Assembly: GCA_963827275.1 (NCBI GenBank)
Contig: CAWHAA010000010.1
Coordinates: 320,001 to 384,000, forward strand
DNA from: an uncultured Spirochaetota bacterium
GTDB taxonomy: Bacteria > Spirochaetota > UBA4802 > UBA5550
Direction of reading: 5' to 3'
DNA: 64,000 bases
Part shown: piece after piece, positions 12,713-24,925 of the stretch
Numbering within the stretch: position 1 is the stretch's first letter
Layout of the letters: every line of letters starts with the position of its first letter
Notes under the pieces: generated by a model
What the model was told of the DNA's origin: nothing
The model's database searches: none
What the model saw: only the letters and a program-made list of their open reading frames with translations
Program-made: the position numbers and the translations under genes

Positions 12713-13612
12713 ATGCCTGGTGACGAATTCGATTCATTGTTTGAAGACAAGCCCGTTGATGATAAGCCGAGCAAGGAAGTCGATGAACTGTTCACGTTCG
12801 AGGCGCATCTTCCCCCCGAGAAGCCCAAAACCGCGCCGCCCGTCCGGAAGCAGAAAGCCCCCGCCCCTTCCCCCTCCCGGGCGCCGCAGGCCCAGAAGAA
12901 GCGAACCTCGGAGGATTTTCAGCCGGACATGGACGCCCTCGTCATAACCGCGCAGTCGCCCCTCATCCTTGAAGGCGTCAAATGCCTGAGCATGAAAGAC
13001 TTCGGCGTCAACACGCTCCAGATCTACACCGAGGCGATGAAGGGCGTGGAGGTCTTTATCAAGATACTGGAGCGGAACCCGAACAATTACTTCAAGCTCG
13101 CGGTGGTCATCAACTCGGACACCGACTGCAAGGAGATCGAGGCCGTGGCGTTCCGCCTGTACAAGATGAGGTTCCGCGAGACGCCCCAGATCGATTCGCA
13201 AATCCTGAAGGCCTACGAGATGCTGCGTAACCGGTTGAAGATCGGGTACAACAAGGCCCTGGTCAGCACGTCGATGCTCTCGATAAAAAAATATTTCCAT
13301 CAATCGGGGGCCCTCGACCAGGAGAGGATCTCGCAGATGGCCGCGAGCGGGACCAAGGAGCTTACCAACGATGTGCTCAGGTATGCCCAGCACCTGAACA
13401 TCTCCATGCAGCTCATGAAGATCGGCGATTTTGAGATCACGAAGGGCCTGCGCGGCCGGGATCTCAACACCTTCGTTATACGGGCGAGCCAGTTCCTGGC
13501 GGCATACTACCTCGCCGCGGGGGACGCCAAGTCCGAGGAATACTACCGCCGCACGCACGAGAACTACAAGAAGTATTTCGTCATCCGCGAGCCCGAGGCG
13601 GGCAAGGAATGA
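12713..13612 (+). CDS. Hypothetical protein, Pro/Lys-rich N-terminal linker plus helical domain
   Basis: Long ORF with host-like codon bias and GGAG upstream; no recognised motif. Confidence 0.75.
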   Translation: MPGDEFDSLFEDKPVDDKPSKEVDELFTFEAHLPPEKPKTAPPVRKQKAPAPSPSRAPQAQKKRTSEDFQPDMDALVITAQSPLILEGVKCLSMKDFGVNTLQIYTEAMKGVEVFIKILERNPNNYFKLAVVINSDTDCKEIEAVAFRLYKMRFRETPQIDSQILKAYEMLRNRLKIGYNKALVSTSMLSIKKYFHQSGALDQERISQMAASGTKELTNDVLRYAQHLNISMQLMKIGDFEITKGLRGRDLNTFVIRASQFLAAYYLAAGDAKSEEYYRRTHENYKKYFVIREPEAGKE

Positions 13613-13625
13613 ACCCGTGCCCCGC

Positions 13626-14765
13626 TTACAGCAGCGGCTCCACGATCCGGTAGATGACCGAATCGGCCAGCATGATACCCCGCCGGGTAAGGCGCACCGT
13701 CGTGTCGTTCCCGTCCGTAGCAACCTCCACCAGCCCGTCAGATGATGCGCGCCCTATGCCCGTCATGACCGATGCGGGGACCCTGAACGCGAGCCGCGCT
13801 TCCATCTCGCGGAGCGACACCCCGCGGAGGAGCCGGAGCCCGGTCATGAGGTATTCCACCGGCGCGGCACGCTCCATCCGTACGTCCCGCGCGGGAAGCG
13901 CCCGGTCCGCTCGGAGATATTCCTCCAGCGTCACCGCGTTGATGTACCGCTCATCCCCGATGAACGAGTGTGCGCCGGGCCCGAAGCCGATATAGGGATC
14001 GAAGCGCCAGTATTTCATGTTGTGCCGGGACTCGAACCCGGGAAGCGCGTAATTCGATATCTCATAATGATCATACCCGTGCGCCGCCATGCGCGTCATG
14101 ATCGTCTCGAAGTGCCCGGCCTGCTCCGCCTCCGATGCTTCGTCGGCCGTCATCCTCTTCCCCAGCGGCGTGTTCTTTTCGATCGAGAGCAGGTAGATGG
14201 AGATGTGCTTCGGCCCGCGCGACGCGATCGCGTCGATATCATGGAGGAGCTCCCCGTGAAGCTGGGAGGGGATGCCGCCGATCAGGTCGGCGCAGAGGTC
14301 CAGGCCCGGCGCGGAAAAAAAGATGTCCAGCTCGCGTTCGGTGCAGGGGGCGGCGGACCTTCCGATGACGGCATGGAGGCGCGGCGAAAGCGTCTGCACG
14401 CCGAGCACGATGCGCGTGACGCCCGCGTCCCTGAACCCCGCAAGCAGGCCGGGCGATACATCGCAGGGGTTCATCTCCAGCGTCACCTCCGCGCCGGGGA
14501 GGAGGTCGACATGCTCACGCACGAGGCGGAGCAGCCCGGCGACCTCCGCGGGCGGGCAGAGGGACGGCGTGCCGCCGCCGAAGTATACCGTGTCGGCCGG
14601 CGAAAGCCCCGCGCCGGGGAGCCGTTCCCGTATCTCTTCCCGGAGCCTGGCGATATAGGCGGCGGGCACGCCGCCGGCTTCGAGCATCCCCGCCTCCGAA
14701 TAGAAGCCGCAGTAATCGCATTTCCTCCGGCAGAACGGCACATGGATATAGATGCCGCCGGTCAC
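13626..14765 (-). CDS. hemW: Radical SAM heme chaperone HemW (HemN-like)
   Basis: YIHVPFCRRKCDYCGF, YFGGGTPS, YEISNY, HNMKYW. Confidence 0.9.
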   Translation of the reverse strand: MTGGIYIHVPFCRRKCDYCGFYSEAGMLEAGGVPAAYIARLREEIRERLPGAGLSPADTVYFGGGTPSLCPPAEVAGLLRLVREHVDLLPGAEVTLEMNPCDVSPGLLAGFRDAGVTRIVLGVQTLSPRLHAVIGRSAAPCTERELDIFFSAPGLDLCADLIGGIPSQLHGELLHDIDAIASRGPKHISIYLLSIEKNTPLGKRMTADEASEAEQAGHFETIMTRMAAHGYDHYEISNYALPGFESRHNMKYWRFDPYIGFGPGAHSFIGDERYINAVTLEEYLRADRALPARDVRMERAAPVEYLMTGLRLLRGVSLREMEARLAFRVPASVMTGIGRASSDGLVEVATDGNDTTVRLTRRGIMLADSVIYRIVEPLL

Positions 14766-16402
14766 TGCGGCCTGCCGGAGCCAAGAAGGAGCGTCCCGCC
14801 GGTACCCGGCTCAAATTCGCCCTTGAGGCAGCGCGCGAGCTGCCTGACCGATTCTTCCGTGTTGGAGAAGGAGAGAAGCCCCGCGGTCACCAGGCCCGAA
14901 ACAGTCGCGGGGAACGGGTTCCCGCTGGACACGAGGACCAGGCCCATCCCCTTTTTCCGGCAATAATCGGCCGCACGCTTGAGGTAATCGATATCGGGCT
15001 GGACCATGTGCAGATACACGACGGCCCTTTTCCCCTGTAACGCCGCCGCGCCGGACAATTCGCCGAGCGACGCCGCAATCATGCTGATCCCGCCGCCGGC
15101 GAGCGCGTCCTTCATGACAGCGCTCTGCGTGACAACCACGCGCGCAGTGTTCCCCGGCGGCCTGAGCGATTCGCGCGGGCCGAAATAGAGGATCCCCTTC
15201 CTGGAGAGCGCCTCGTTCACCCGCCCGGCCTCGCCGAGCGACTTCCGGTCCTCTTCGGTGGCGATGAAATCGGCCGGACGGCATACCCCTTCGTTGCATG
15301 AGAGGATCCCGTAGCGTATCTTGGTTTCGATAATGCGCTCCACGGACGCGTCGATCCGCTCCATGGCGATGCGCCGTTCCCTGACGGCCGCCGTGACAGC
15401 GTTTATTATGGCCGGTATGCTCTTTTCATACGAGCTGATGAGTACGATGTCGGCGCCCGCCAGGATGGAGCGCACCGCCGCCTCGCCCAGCTCCTGCCGC
15501 CGGGAGATGGCGTGCATCTCCATGTCGTCGGTTATCACCAGGCCTTCGAACCGCATCTCTTCCCGTATCAGGCCGGTCAGAAATTTTCCTGACACCGTGG
15601 CCGGATCGTCCGTCCCCAGGATACGGGGAAACGCGATATGCGCCGGCATGAGGCATTCCACCCCCGCGGCCACGGCCTTTTTGAAGGGCACCAGCTCCAC
15701 GCGTGAAAGGCGTTCCATGTCATACCGGATCACCGGCAGGGCGAGATGGGAGTCCGTATCGGTATCGCCGTGGCCGGGAAAATGCTTGCCAACGGCGATG
15801 CAGCGCGAATCCTGCAGGCCGCGGATATAGGCGGCGCCGAGGTCGGCCACCAGCCGCGGGTCGCTTCCAAACGAGCGGGTATTGATCACGGGATTGCGCG
15901 GGTTGTTGTTCACGTCAAGGTCCGGCGCCAGGTTCATGTTGACGCCCGTCATACGCAGCTCCACGCCGAGCGCGCGGCCCCAGCGGTACGCGAGGCCGCC
16001 ATCACCGCCGACGCCTGCCGCCATGTTGCCGGGAAATTGCGTGACCCCCGAAACGATCCGCACCACCCTGCCCCCCTCCTGGTCGATCGAGACGAACAGG
16101 GGGATGCCGGAGTACCTGAATGCGGCCTCCTGCATCTCCCTGATGAGCCTGTTATTGCCGTCGGAGGTCGAGAGGTTGTACCCGAATAGGATCACGCCGC
16201 CGGGAAGATAACCGCCAAGAATCCGGTCGATATCGCCGTTCATGCCGCTGCCCGGGACCGCGACCATGATCATCTGGCCGACCTTCTTCTCCAGGCTCAG
16301 CGTCCGGCAGAGGGAGCGGGCTTCATCGACATATCTTTTTTTCGCGCATTGCGTGAGCATGAGAATGAGGACCAGAACAATAATTTTTCCAATCGCGCGC
16401 AT
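14762..16402 (-). CDS. GH3 beta-N-acetylhexosaminidase (NagZ-like) lipoprotein
   Basis: IDQEGGRV, KHFPGHGD..DSH, ITDDMEM; lipobox-like LTQC. Confidence 0.9.
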   Translation of the reverse strand: MRAIGKIIVLVLILMLTQCAKKRYVDEARSLCRTLSLEKKVGQMIMVAVPGSGMNGDIDRILGGYLPGGVILFGYNLSTSDGNNRLIREMQEAAFRYSGIPLFVSIDQEGGRVVRIVSGVTQFPGNMAAGVGGDGGLAYRWGRALGVELRMTGVNMNLAPDLDVNNNPRNPVINTRSFGSDPRLVADLGAAYIRGLQDSRCIAVGKHFPGHGDTDTDSHLALPVIRYDMERLSRVELVPFKKAVAAGVECLMPAHIAFPRILGTDDPATVSGKFLTGLIREEMRFEGLVITDDMEMHAISRRQELGEAAVRSILAGADIVLISSYEKSIPAIINAVTAAVRERRIAMERIDASVERIIETKIRYGILSCNEGVCRPADFIATEEDRKSLGEAGRVNEALSRKGILYFGPRESLRPPGNTARVVVTQSAVMKDALAGGGISMIAASLGELSGAAALQGKRAVVYLHMVQPDIDYLKRAADYCRKKGMGLVLVSSGNPFPATVSGLVTAGLLSFSNTEESVRQLARCLKGEFEPGTGGTLLLGSGRPQ

Positions 16403-16675
16403 GGCGTCACCTTCCGTATCGTTTCTCGTGAAAATACCGGTACACATGAGGTCAGTCAGGCCCCTCTTTGCAAGAAAAAAACCGGCCAGCGCGACGGGGA
16501 ATCACCCATGCCGGCGATCCATACATAAATTTATTCATTATCCATGACGAATATAAAATTAATTATTGATTTTTTTTTGTAAAATTTCAAGCATGTAGTC
16601 GAATACGTTTACAAGGCGGCGAAACACGCGTTTTCATCAGCGCGCCATCAGCCTTCCCTGTTTAATTTTCATGAT

Positions 16676-17266
16676 ATGAACAGCAATACCCGCGACATCG
16701 ATTTTCTCAACAGCTACGCAGCCAGGACCGCTGTGGTGCCCGAGGTGATCGAACGGCTGATATCCGACCTGAAAAAGATCAAGTATACCCAGGATGAAAT
16801 AGACGAGATCGTCCTGTCGATGGACGAGGCAATCACCAATGCCGTCCAGGAGACGATACGGGTCAACCAGGCCCTGAACCGCAAGGCCGTCCACGATGAC
16901 GATCACCGGGACATCACGGTGCGCTACACCATCTCCGGCGACATCTTCGACGCCACCATCATCGACCACGGCAAGGGCCTCGATATCTTCAACATCCTGT
17001 ACATGACGCCGCAGAGCGGCTCGTCGACATACATCAACCAGATCATAAGCTACGCCACCGAGTCGGAAAAAAGAAAGATCACGGTCCGCCTTAACGGACA
17101 GGAGATTCCCCTCAGGGGGATCGGCGCGGGGCTCAAGGTCATCCTGAGCTTCATGGACGCCATAACCATCGACCTGATAGACAGGGAGAAGATACTGTCA
17201 CGCTCCGTGTCCGAGAACACCGACGGCACCATCTTCAACATGAAGCGCAAACGGCGGTATGCATGA
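16676..17266 (+). CDS. RsbW/SpoIIAB-like ATP-binding protein (anti-sigma factor kinase fold)
   Basis: EAITNA N-box, DHGKG G1, GIGAGLKVI G2-like. Confidence 0.75.
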   Translation: MNSNTRDIDFLNSYAARTAVVPEVIERLISDLKKIKYTQDEIDEIVLSMDEAITNAVQETIRVNQALNRKAVHDDDHRDITVRYTISGDIFDATIIDHGKGLDIFNILYMTPQSGSSTYINQIISYATESEKRKITVRLNGQEIPLRGIGAGLKVILSFMDAITIDLIDREKILSRSVSENTDGTIFNMKRKRRYA

Positions 17267-18036
17267 AGTCTGACAAGCTCCTCGCTCCATTCGACGACCC
17301 TGAGTTCATGCATTCCAGGGATGCGCGCACCATCCGGATCCTGAGCGAATATCTCGAGCCTGAAAAGCGCTTCAGGGAGATGAACATCCAGCACACCGTC
17401 GTCTTTTTCGGATCGGCGCGGATCGACCCGCGCGAAAATCCCGGGAACCGGATGGCGCACTACTACCAGGAAGCTTCGGATTTCGCCTTCAGCCTCGCGG
17501 GGCTGAGCAAGGAGATCGAGAACGAAACAGGCTCGCCGTTTTATATCTGCACCGGCGGGGGCCCCGGCATCATGGAGGCGGCCAACCAGGGGGCGTCGCG
17601 GGCGGGCATGCCGAGCATCGGCCTGAACATCGACCTCCCCTTTGAGCAGGATCCGAATAAATACATAACGCCGGAGCTGATGTTCAAGTTCCATTACTTT
17701 TTCATGAGGAAGCTATGGTTCCTGTACCAGGCCAAGGCGGTCATCATTTTCCCCGGCGGATTCGGTACCATGGACGAGCTCTTCGAGACCCTGACCATGG
17801 TGCAGACGCGCAAAATGCAAAAGATAAACATCCCCATCCTCCTCTACGACCGTGAATTCTGGGGAGATATCATCAATTTCGACAGGCTCGTCAGGGACGG
17901 CCTGATCGCGCCCGAGGATCTCAACCTTTTTCATTATTTTTCGAGTGTCAGGGAAGGGATCGACGTATTGAGGCCGCAACTGATCAGCGTGATCAAGAAT
18001 GTGCACCGGCTTCTGGAATTCAAATTCCCCATTTAA
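17263..18036 (+). CDS. LOG family (TIGR00730) nucleotide phosphoribohydrolase
   Basis: FFGSAR, TGGGPGIMEAAN, PFEQ, RKLWF, PGGFGTMDE. Confidence 0.93.
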   Translation: MKSDKLLAPFDDPEFMHSRDARTIRILSEYLEPEKRFREMNIQHTVVFFGSARIDPRENPGNRMAHYYQEASDFAFSLAGLSKEIENETGSPFYICTGGGPGIMEAANQGASRAGMPSIGLNIDLPFEQDPNKYITPELMFKFHYFFMRKLWFLYQAKAVIIFPGGFGTMDELFETLTMVQTRKMQKINIPILLYDREFWGDIINFDRLVRDGLIAPEDLNLFHYFSSVREGIDVLRPQLISVIKNVHRLLEFKFPI

Positions 18037-18059
18037 CCGAGGACCGGCCGCTCCGCCAT

Positions 18060-18144
18060 TGCCCAGGGAGGGACTTGAACCCTCACGAACAAAATGTTCA
18101 AGGGATTTTAAGTCCCTTGTGTCTACCAATTCCACCACCTGGGC
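18060..18144 (-). tRNA. tRNA-Leu(TAA)
   Basis: GCCCAGGTGGTGGAATTGGTAGAC...AGGGA CT TAA AA TCCCT, variable arm, GGTTCAAGTCC. Confidence 0.95.
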
Positions 18145-18152
18145 GGGATATG

Positions 18153-18225
18153 AGGCGCCGAGCGGATTCGAACCGCTGCATAAAGGTTTTGCAGACCTCT
18201 CCCTTAGCCACTTGGGTACGGCGCC
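18153..18225 (-). tRNA. tRNA-Cys(GCA)
   Basis: GGCGCCGTACCCAAGTGGCTAAGG...GAGGT CT GCA AA ACCTT...GGTTCGAATCCG. Confidence 0.95.
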
Positions 18226-18737
18226 GGAAACCTCTTTCCCATTTTTGAATTTCACGCCCTGTTGTCAACTTAAAATACTGCCCGCGTCTAAAAATTCAAT
18301 TCATCCTGCGCGTGTTTTGCAATAACCGTCCGAATGTTCCGGATTCCAGCTTTTAATTTCGTCAATTCCCGCCGGTCCGCCGCGATCGTCCGACGGACAC
18401 CGCGAAAAAATAATCCGGCCGAAATTTTATTTTTTTATAATCATTTTTTCAATCAGTGAGTTATAACAATTGACATTTTGTACAATCAATTAATGATTGA
18501 CCTGTGATCGTGATTCAGTAGTAAAATTTCTTAAATCATGCATCATAAGGGTCCCAACGCCGGCAGCGGAAGGCTCCTCACGCAGTATATTACTGTTGTA
18601 AAAAGCGAGGGTCGGTTTCCAGATTGAACACAAATTGGAGAAAAGGTTAATCTTCGTTATTCAGTAATAACCATAACATAGCTTTTCTCCCAAAAAAATA
18701 TATTCAAAAAAACATAAGACTTAAACAGGAGGTCTCT

Positions 18738-21146
<2,409 letters not shown>

Positions 21147-21176
21147 CTTAACAATCTGAATACAGGAGGAAAACAT

Positions 21177-22394
21177 ATGAGAGATGCGTATATAGTCAGT
21201 GCAGTAAGAACACCCGGTTGCCGTCGCGGCAAAGGTGCACTTGCGCAAACAAGGCCCGAAAAACTCATCGTCCAGGCGATGAACGCCGCTGTGGACCGGA
21301 TCAAGCTCGACAGGAGCGTCATTGACGACTTCATGCTCGGCTGCGCCTTCCCGGAAGCCGAACAGGGACTGAACCTCGGCCGGGTCGCGCTTCAGATCGC
21401 CAAGTTCCCGGATTCAGTCTCCGGCGCAACGGTCAACCGTTTCTGCTCTTCCGGCCTTGAGTCGATAGCGATATCAGCCCTGAAGGTAAAGGCGGGCTGG
21501 TCGGAAGTCAACATGGCGGGCGGCTGCGAGTCGATGTCAATCGTACCGATGGGCGGCAACATGCCGCGCCCGCTCCCCGACTGGGCGAAGGAAAACCCGA
21601 ATGTCTATATGTCCATGGGTATCACCGCCGAGAACGTGGCAAGCCGTTATGGCATCACCCGTGAAATGCAGGACGAGTTCGCCTATCATTCAAACATGAA
21701 GGCGGCCGAGGCCCAGAAGAAAAAATTATTCACGGAAATAGTCCCCACCACCGCTGACAAGTTCGTCGAGAAGTCGGATGGCACCATTGTTCGGGAAACT
21801 TTCGTGCAGGACTTTGACGACGGCGTCAGGGCCGAGACCACGGTCGAGGGCCTGAAAAAGCTGAAACCTGCCTTCAAGTCAACCGGTTCGGTAACCGCGG
21901 GGAACTCCTCGCAGACCACGGACGGCGCTGCCGCCTCGATCATCATGAGCGAAGAAGCGGTCAAGAAATATGGCGTCAAGCCGCTTGTCAAGCTCGTCGG
22001 GTACACTGTTGCCGGCTGCAAGGCAGACGAGATGGGAGTCGGTCCCGCGTACGCGATTCCGAAGCTCCTGAAACAGGTAGGCTGGGACCTGAAGAGGCTC
22101 CAGACCGAAAGCCTTATCTTCGAACTGAATGAGGCTTTCGCGTCTCAGGCCATCTACTGCGCGCAGCAGCTCGGCGTGGGCGACAAGAAGTACTGGGCAG
22201 CCGATTCTTCCGAGAAGCGGATCAATATCACCGGCGGCGCGATCGCGCTCGGCCACCCGCTGGGATGCACCGGCTCGAAGATTTTCGCCACCCTCGTTTC
22301 CAACATGATCAGGACCGGCGCCAAGTACGGCATCGAGTCCATGTGTATTGGCGGCGGCATGGGCGCAGCGGCAATGTTCGAACTCTGCGAATAA
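21177..22394 (+). CDS. fadA: Acetyl-CoA C-acyltransferase (3-ketoacyl-CoA thiolase)
   Basis: NRFCSSG, NEAFA, GGAIALGHPLG, CIGGGMG. Confidence 0.95.
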   Translation: MRDAYIVSAVRTPGCRRGKGALAQTRPEKLIVQAMNAAVDRIKLDRSVIDDFMLGCAFPEAEQGLNLGRVALQIAKFPDSVSGATVNRFCSSGLESIAISALKVKAGWSEVNMAGGCESMSIVPMGGNMPRPLPDWAKENPNVYMSMGITAENVASRYGITREMQDEFAYHSNMKAAEAQKKKLFTEIVPTTADKFVEKSDGTIVRETFVQDFDDGVRAETTVEGLKKLKPAFKSTGSVTAGNSSQTTDGAAASIIMSEEAVKKYGVKPLVKLVGYTVAGCKADEMGVGPAYAIPKLLKQVGWDLKRLQTESLIFELNEAFASQAIYCAQQLGVGDKKYWAADSSEKRINITGGAIALGHPLGCTGSKIFATLVSNMIRTGAKYGIESMCIGGGMGAAAMFELCE

Positions 22395-22417
22395 GCCTTC
22401 AGCAACATGATACACCG

Positions 22418-22453
22418 GAAAGGCGGCGTCGAAAGATGCCGCCTTTCTTTTTT
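22418..22453 (+). terminator. Rho-independent terminator
   Basis: GAAAGGCGGCGTC-GAAA-GATGCCGCCTTTC followed by TTTTTT. Confidence 0.85.
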
Positions 22454-22578
22454 CCGTTCCTGGGCGTCAATCCCCTCCCTCTTACCCCGCAACGACCATG
22501 GTCAAGTGAAAAAATGATAAAGCCGGCACGAGCATCTACCGATTATAGTACTAATCATTATTCCGGAGGGTGCGCGCC

Positions 22579-22722
22579 ATGACGGCCAATGGACAGGAAA
22601 TGAATAAATGGAAACGGGAACAGCTCGAATGCTTCAAAAAATATCTTAGTTCATTCCACATCGACTCCAAAGAATACAGCATCATAATGAAGGGTATCCA
22701 GGACCTGGAAAAGAGCCTCTAA
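22579..22722 (+). CDS. Small hypothetical protein (47 aa), absent from ORF track
   Basis: GGAGGG RBS 8 nt upstream; MTANGQEMNKWKREQLECFKKYLSSFHIDSKEYSIIMKGIQDLEKSL; fills intergenic gap. Confidence 0.55.
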   Translation: MTANGQEMNKWKREQLECFKKYLSSFHIDSKEYSIIMKGIQDLEKSL

Positions 22723-22832
22723 TCCCGCGCCGGCCCCGCCGCGGAAGAATAAATTGTTGACATTGTCATGAAGCGTATGTACTGATCGGTCATACGCTTT
22801 TTCATTTAACAGGGAATGGTGCCTCATCACAG

Positions 22833-23447
22833 ATGGATGAACAACATAAGCCACAGGAATCCCCCGCCGAGCAGGCCATACGAAGGTACCGGCGACCCGA
22901 CGGGGACGAACGCACGCTGAAACGGAGGAGATTTACCGGCGGCCTGTTCATCGCCAATGTCATCCTGATCATCCTGCTCTACGCGCTGTTCGCCGGCAAC
23001 AACGACACTGACGGGTACCGTACCGCCTCGTTCAATTATAACGATCTCCAGTTCAGGCTCTCCATGACGCGGGACCGGGAAACGCGCGATTATGTTTTTT
23101 CCCTCACCACCAGGCCCCTGGAGGGAAGGAGCGCGACCGCGCGGTTCAACAGGAACATGGCCGACCTGATCATCATGTACGGGCCCTCGGTGATCCAGAG
23201 ACGGACACTCGGGGATCAGGTCACGGCGCTTTACCTGAAGCAGGGCGACGCCGATGTGAGAAAGGCGGTGGTCGAGCGCAGCGAGCTGAAACTGTACGCG
23301 GACGCACACCCGGAGTCCATCGTGTCGCCGCGCGGGTCGCTCCTCCGCCGCGGCACGCCGTATATCCCCCTTGTCGCGGAGGTGCGCATCAACGCGGATC
23401 GGCAGGTGGGAACGTCGCTTAATTTCAACTACGAGGTGGAACGATGA
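22833..23447 (+). CDS. Hypothetical single-pass membrane protein
   Basis: KRRR followed by hydrophobic helix; ATGA overlap with next gene. Confidence 0.75.
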   Translation: MDEQHKPQESPAEQAIRRYRRPDGDERTLKRRRFTGGLFIANVILIILLYALFAGNNDTDGYRTASFNYNDLQFRLSMTRDRETRDYVFSLTTRPLEGRSATARFNRNMADLIIMYGPSVIQRRTLGDQVTALYLKQGDADVRKAVVERSELKLYADAHPESIVSPRGSLLRRGTPYIPLVAEVRINADRQVGTSLNFNYEVER

Positions 23448-23890
23448 CGGGACGACCGGGATGGGACGACTACTTCATGAAGATCGCCGAAGACGTGGCG
23501 ACGCGGTCCACGTGCATCAGGCGGAGCGTGGGGGCAATCATTGTAAAGGACAAGCGGATCCTCTCCACGGGGTACAACGGCGCGCCGACCGACGTCACCC
23601 ACTGCACCGAGGAGACCTGCCTGCGGACGAAATACAATGTTCCCTCCGGGGAGCGGCACGAGCTCTGCCGGGGCCTCCATGCGGAGCAGAACGCCATCAT
23701 CCAGGCCGCGTACCACGGGGTATCCATCAAGGACGCCTCGATATACATAACCCACCAGCCCTGCTCCATCTGCACCAAGATGCTCATAAACGCGGGCATC
23801 AGGAAAGTTATATGCAAGTCGCCCTATCACGACCCGCTCGCCGACGAGATGATCGCGGAGTCAGGGATGGAATTGATAATTATTAAATAG
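23444..23890 (+). CDS. dCMP deaminase (ComEB family)
   Basis: WDDYFM, RSTC, GYNG, HAEQNA, PCSIC. Confidence 0.95.
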   Translation: MTGRPGWDDYFMKIAEDVATRSTCIRRSVGAIIVKDKRILSTGYNGAPTDVTHCTEETCLRTKYNVPSGERHELCRGLHAEQNAIIQAAYHGVSIKDASIYITHQPCSICTKMLINAGIRKVICKSPYHDPLADEMIAESGMELIIIK

Positions 23891-23926
23891 CGGACTACAG
23901 AAGAAAGATAGTACAACAATGTATGC

Positions 23927-24027
23927 GGGATTCGACATTCTCGCTCGCCCGCCGCGTAAAATCATCCTGATTACGCGGCGGGACCGGTGACCTCCGTGTC
24001 ACCTGCTCGCCGAGAACATCGAATCCC
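23927..24027. other. Highly structured intergenic element (three-way junction; REP/MITE-like or ncRNA)
   Basis: Outer GGGATTCGA..TTCTCG / CGAGAA..TCGAATCCC; inner 12-bp CCCGCCGCGTAA/TTACGCGGCGGG; GGTGAC/GTCACC. Confidence 0.6.
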
Positions 24028-24211
24028 TTTAATATGAAAAATAATCGATATTTCATGTGCTATATGATAAAAATAATTCCATATGCCTTTTTATAATCAT
24101 CAATTTGTTGGAAAAACAAAAAAATTGATGTATTTTTTCTGGAAATCGTGTCTAACTTCAGGTATGATATATAGAATGCATAAAATCATGACAGGATATG
24201 GCAGGATGACA

Positions 24212-24916
24212 ATGAAGGTCTCCACCGCTCTTTTTCTCGCGCTTATGTGCGCGCTCCCCTTCCCCTCTTTTTCACAGGAGGAAGGCGAGGAGGAGATGTT
24301 CAAGAAGGCCGCCGATTATTTCTTCCAGAAGAAATTCGACATGGCCGAGTCTTTGCTGGAACGCATCATTGACAAAAACCCGGACCATGCCATCGCCCAC
24401 TCCTACCTGGGCGACATCTTCCTGATCAGGAAACGCTACGACGGGGCGCTGGAGCTATACCAGAAGAGCGTCCGCCTCAGGCCGGAGGCGGGCGAAAACT
24501 ATTTCCGCATCGGGCAGATATACTATTACAAGAAGGACGGCGCGCAGGCGGTGGACTTTTTCAAGAAGGCCATCGAGGTCGACCCGCAGCTCAAATTCGC
24601 CTACTACCATGTGGGCCTGGCCTACCTGATGCTCCTCCGGGACAAGGCGAACACCATAGAGAACTGGGAGGCCTATATCAGGATCGCCGAGGACGATCCC
24701 CAGTATGACAGGATCAAGCGGGCCATAGAGCTGCTCCGGGACCCGAATTTCGTGATCCCGCCGCCGGGGAGCGAGGTCACCATCGAGGAGGCGCTCATGC
24801 TCGGGGGCGCCACCATAGACAAGACGATCCACAAGTCGAAAGACCAGGAAGCCGGCCACGAATCGAAAAAGACAAAGAAGAAGCTTGAAGATATCTATCT
24901 GGATGAGGAGCTGTAA
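24212..24916 (+). CDS. Secreted TPR protein
   Basis: Signal peptide then several TPR motifs (AHSYLGDIF, YFRIGQIYY, AYYHVGLAY). Confidence 0.88.
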   Translation: MKVSTALFLALMCALPFPSFSQEEGEEEMFKKAADYFFQKKFDMAESLLERIIDKNPDHAIAHSYLGDIFLIRKRYDGALELYQKSVRLRPEAGENYFRIGQIYYYKKDGAQAVDFFKKAIEVDPQLKFAYYHVGLAYLMLLRDKANTIENWEAYIRIAEDDPQYDRIKRAIELLRDPNFVIPPPGSEVTIEEALMLGGATIDKTIHKSKDQEAGHESKKTKKKLEDIYLDEEL

Positions 24917-24925
24917 GGGGCCGCC

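Noticed and set aside
8172..18059. Genomic island between two tRNA-Leu genes
   Set aside because: No integrase, no duplicated tRNA 3' end; cargo is housekeeping-type with host-like composition
17713..18325. ORFs overlapping tRNA-Cys/Leu (and 8089..8406 over tRNA-Leu)
   Set aside because: Spurious translations of tRNA sequence
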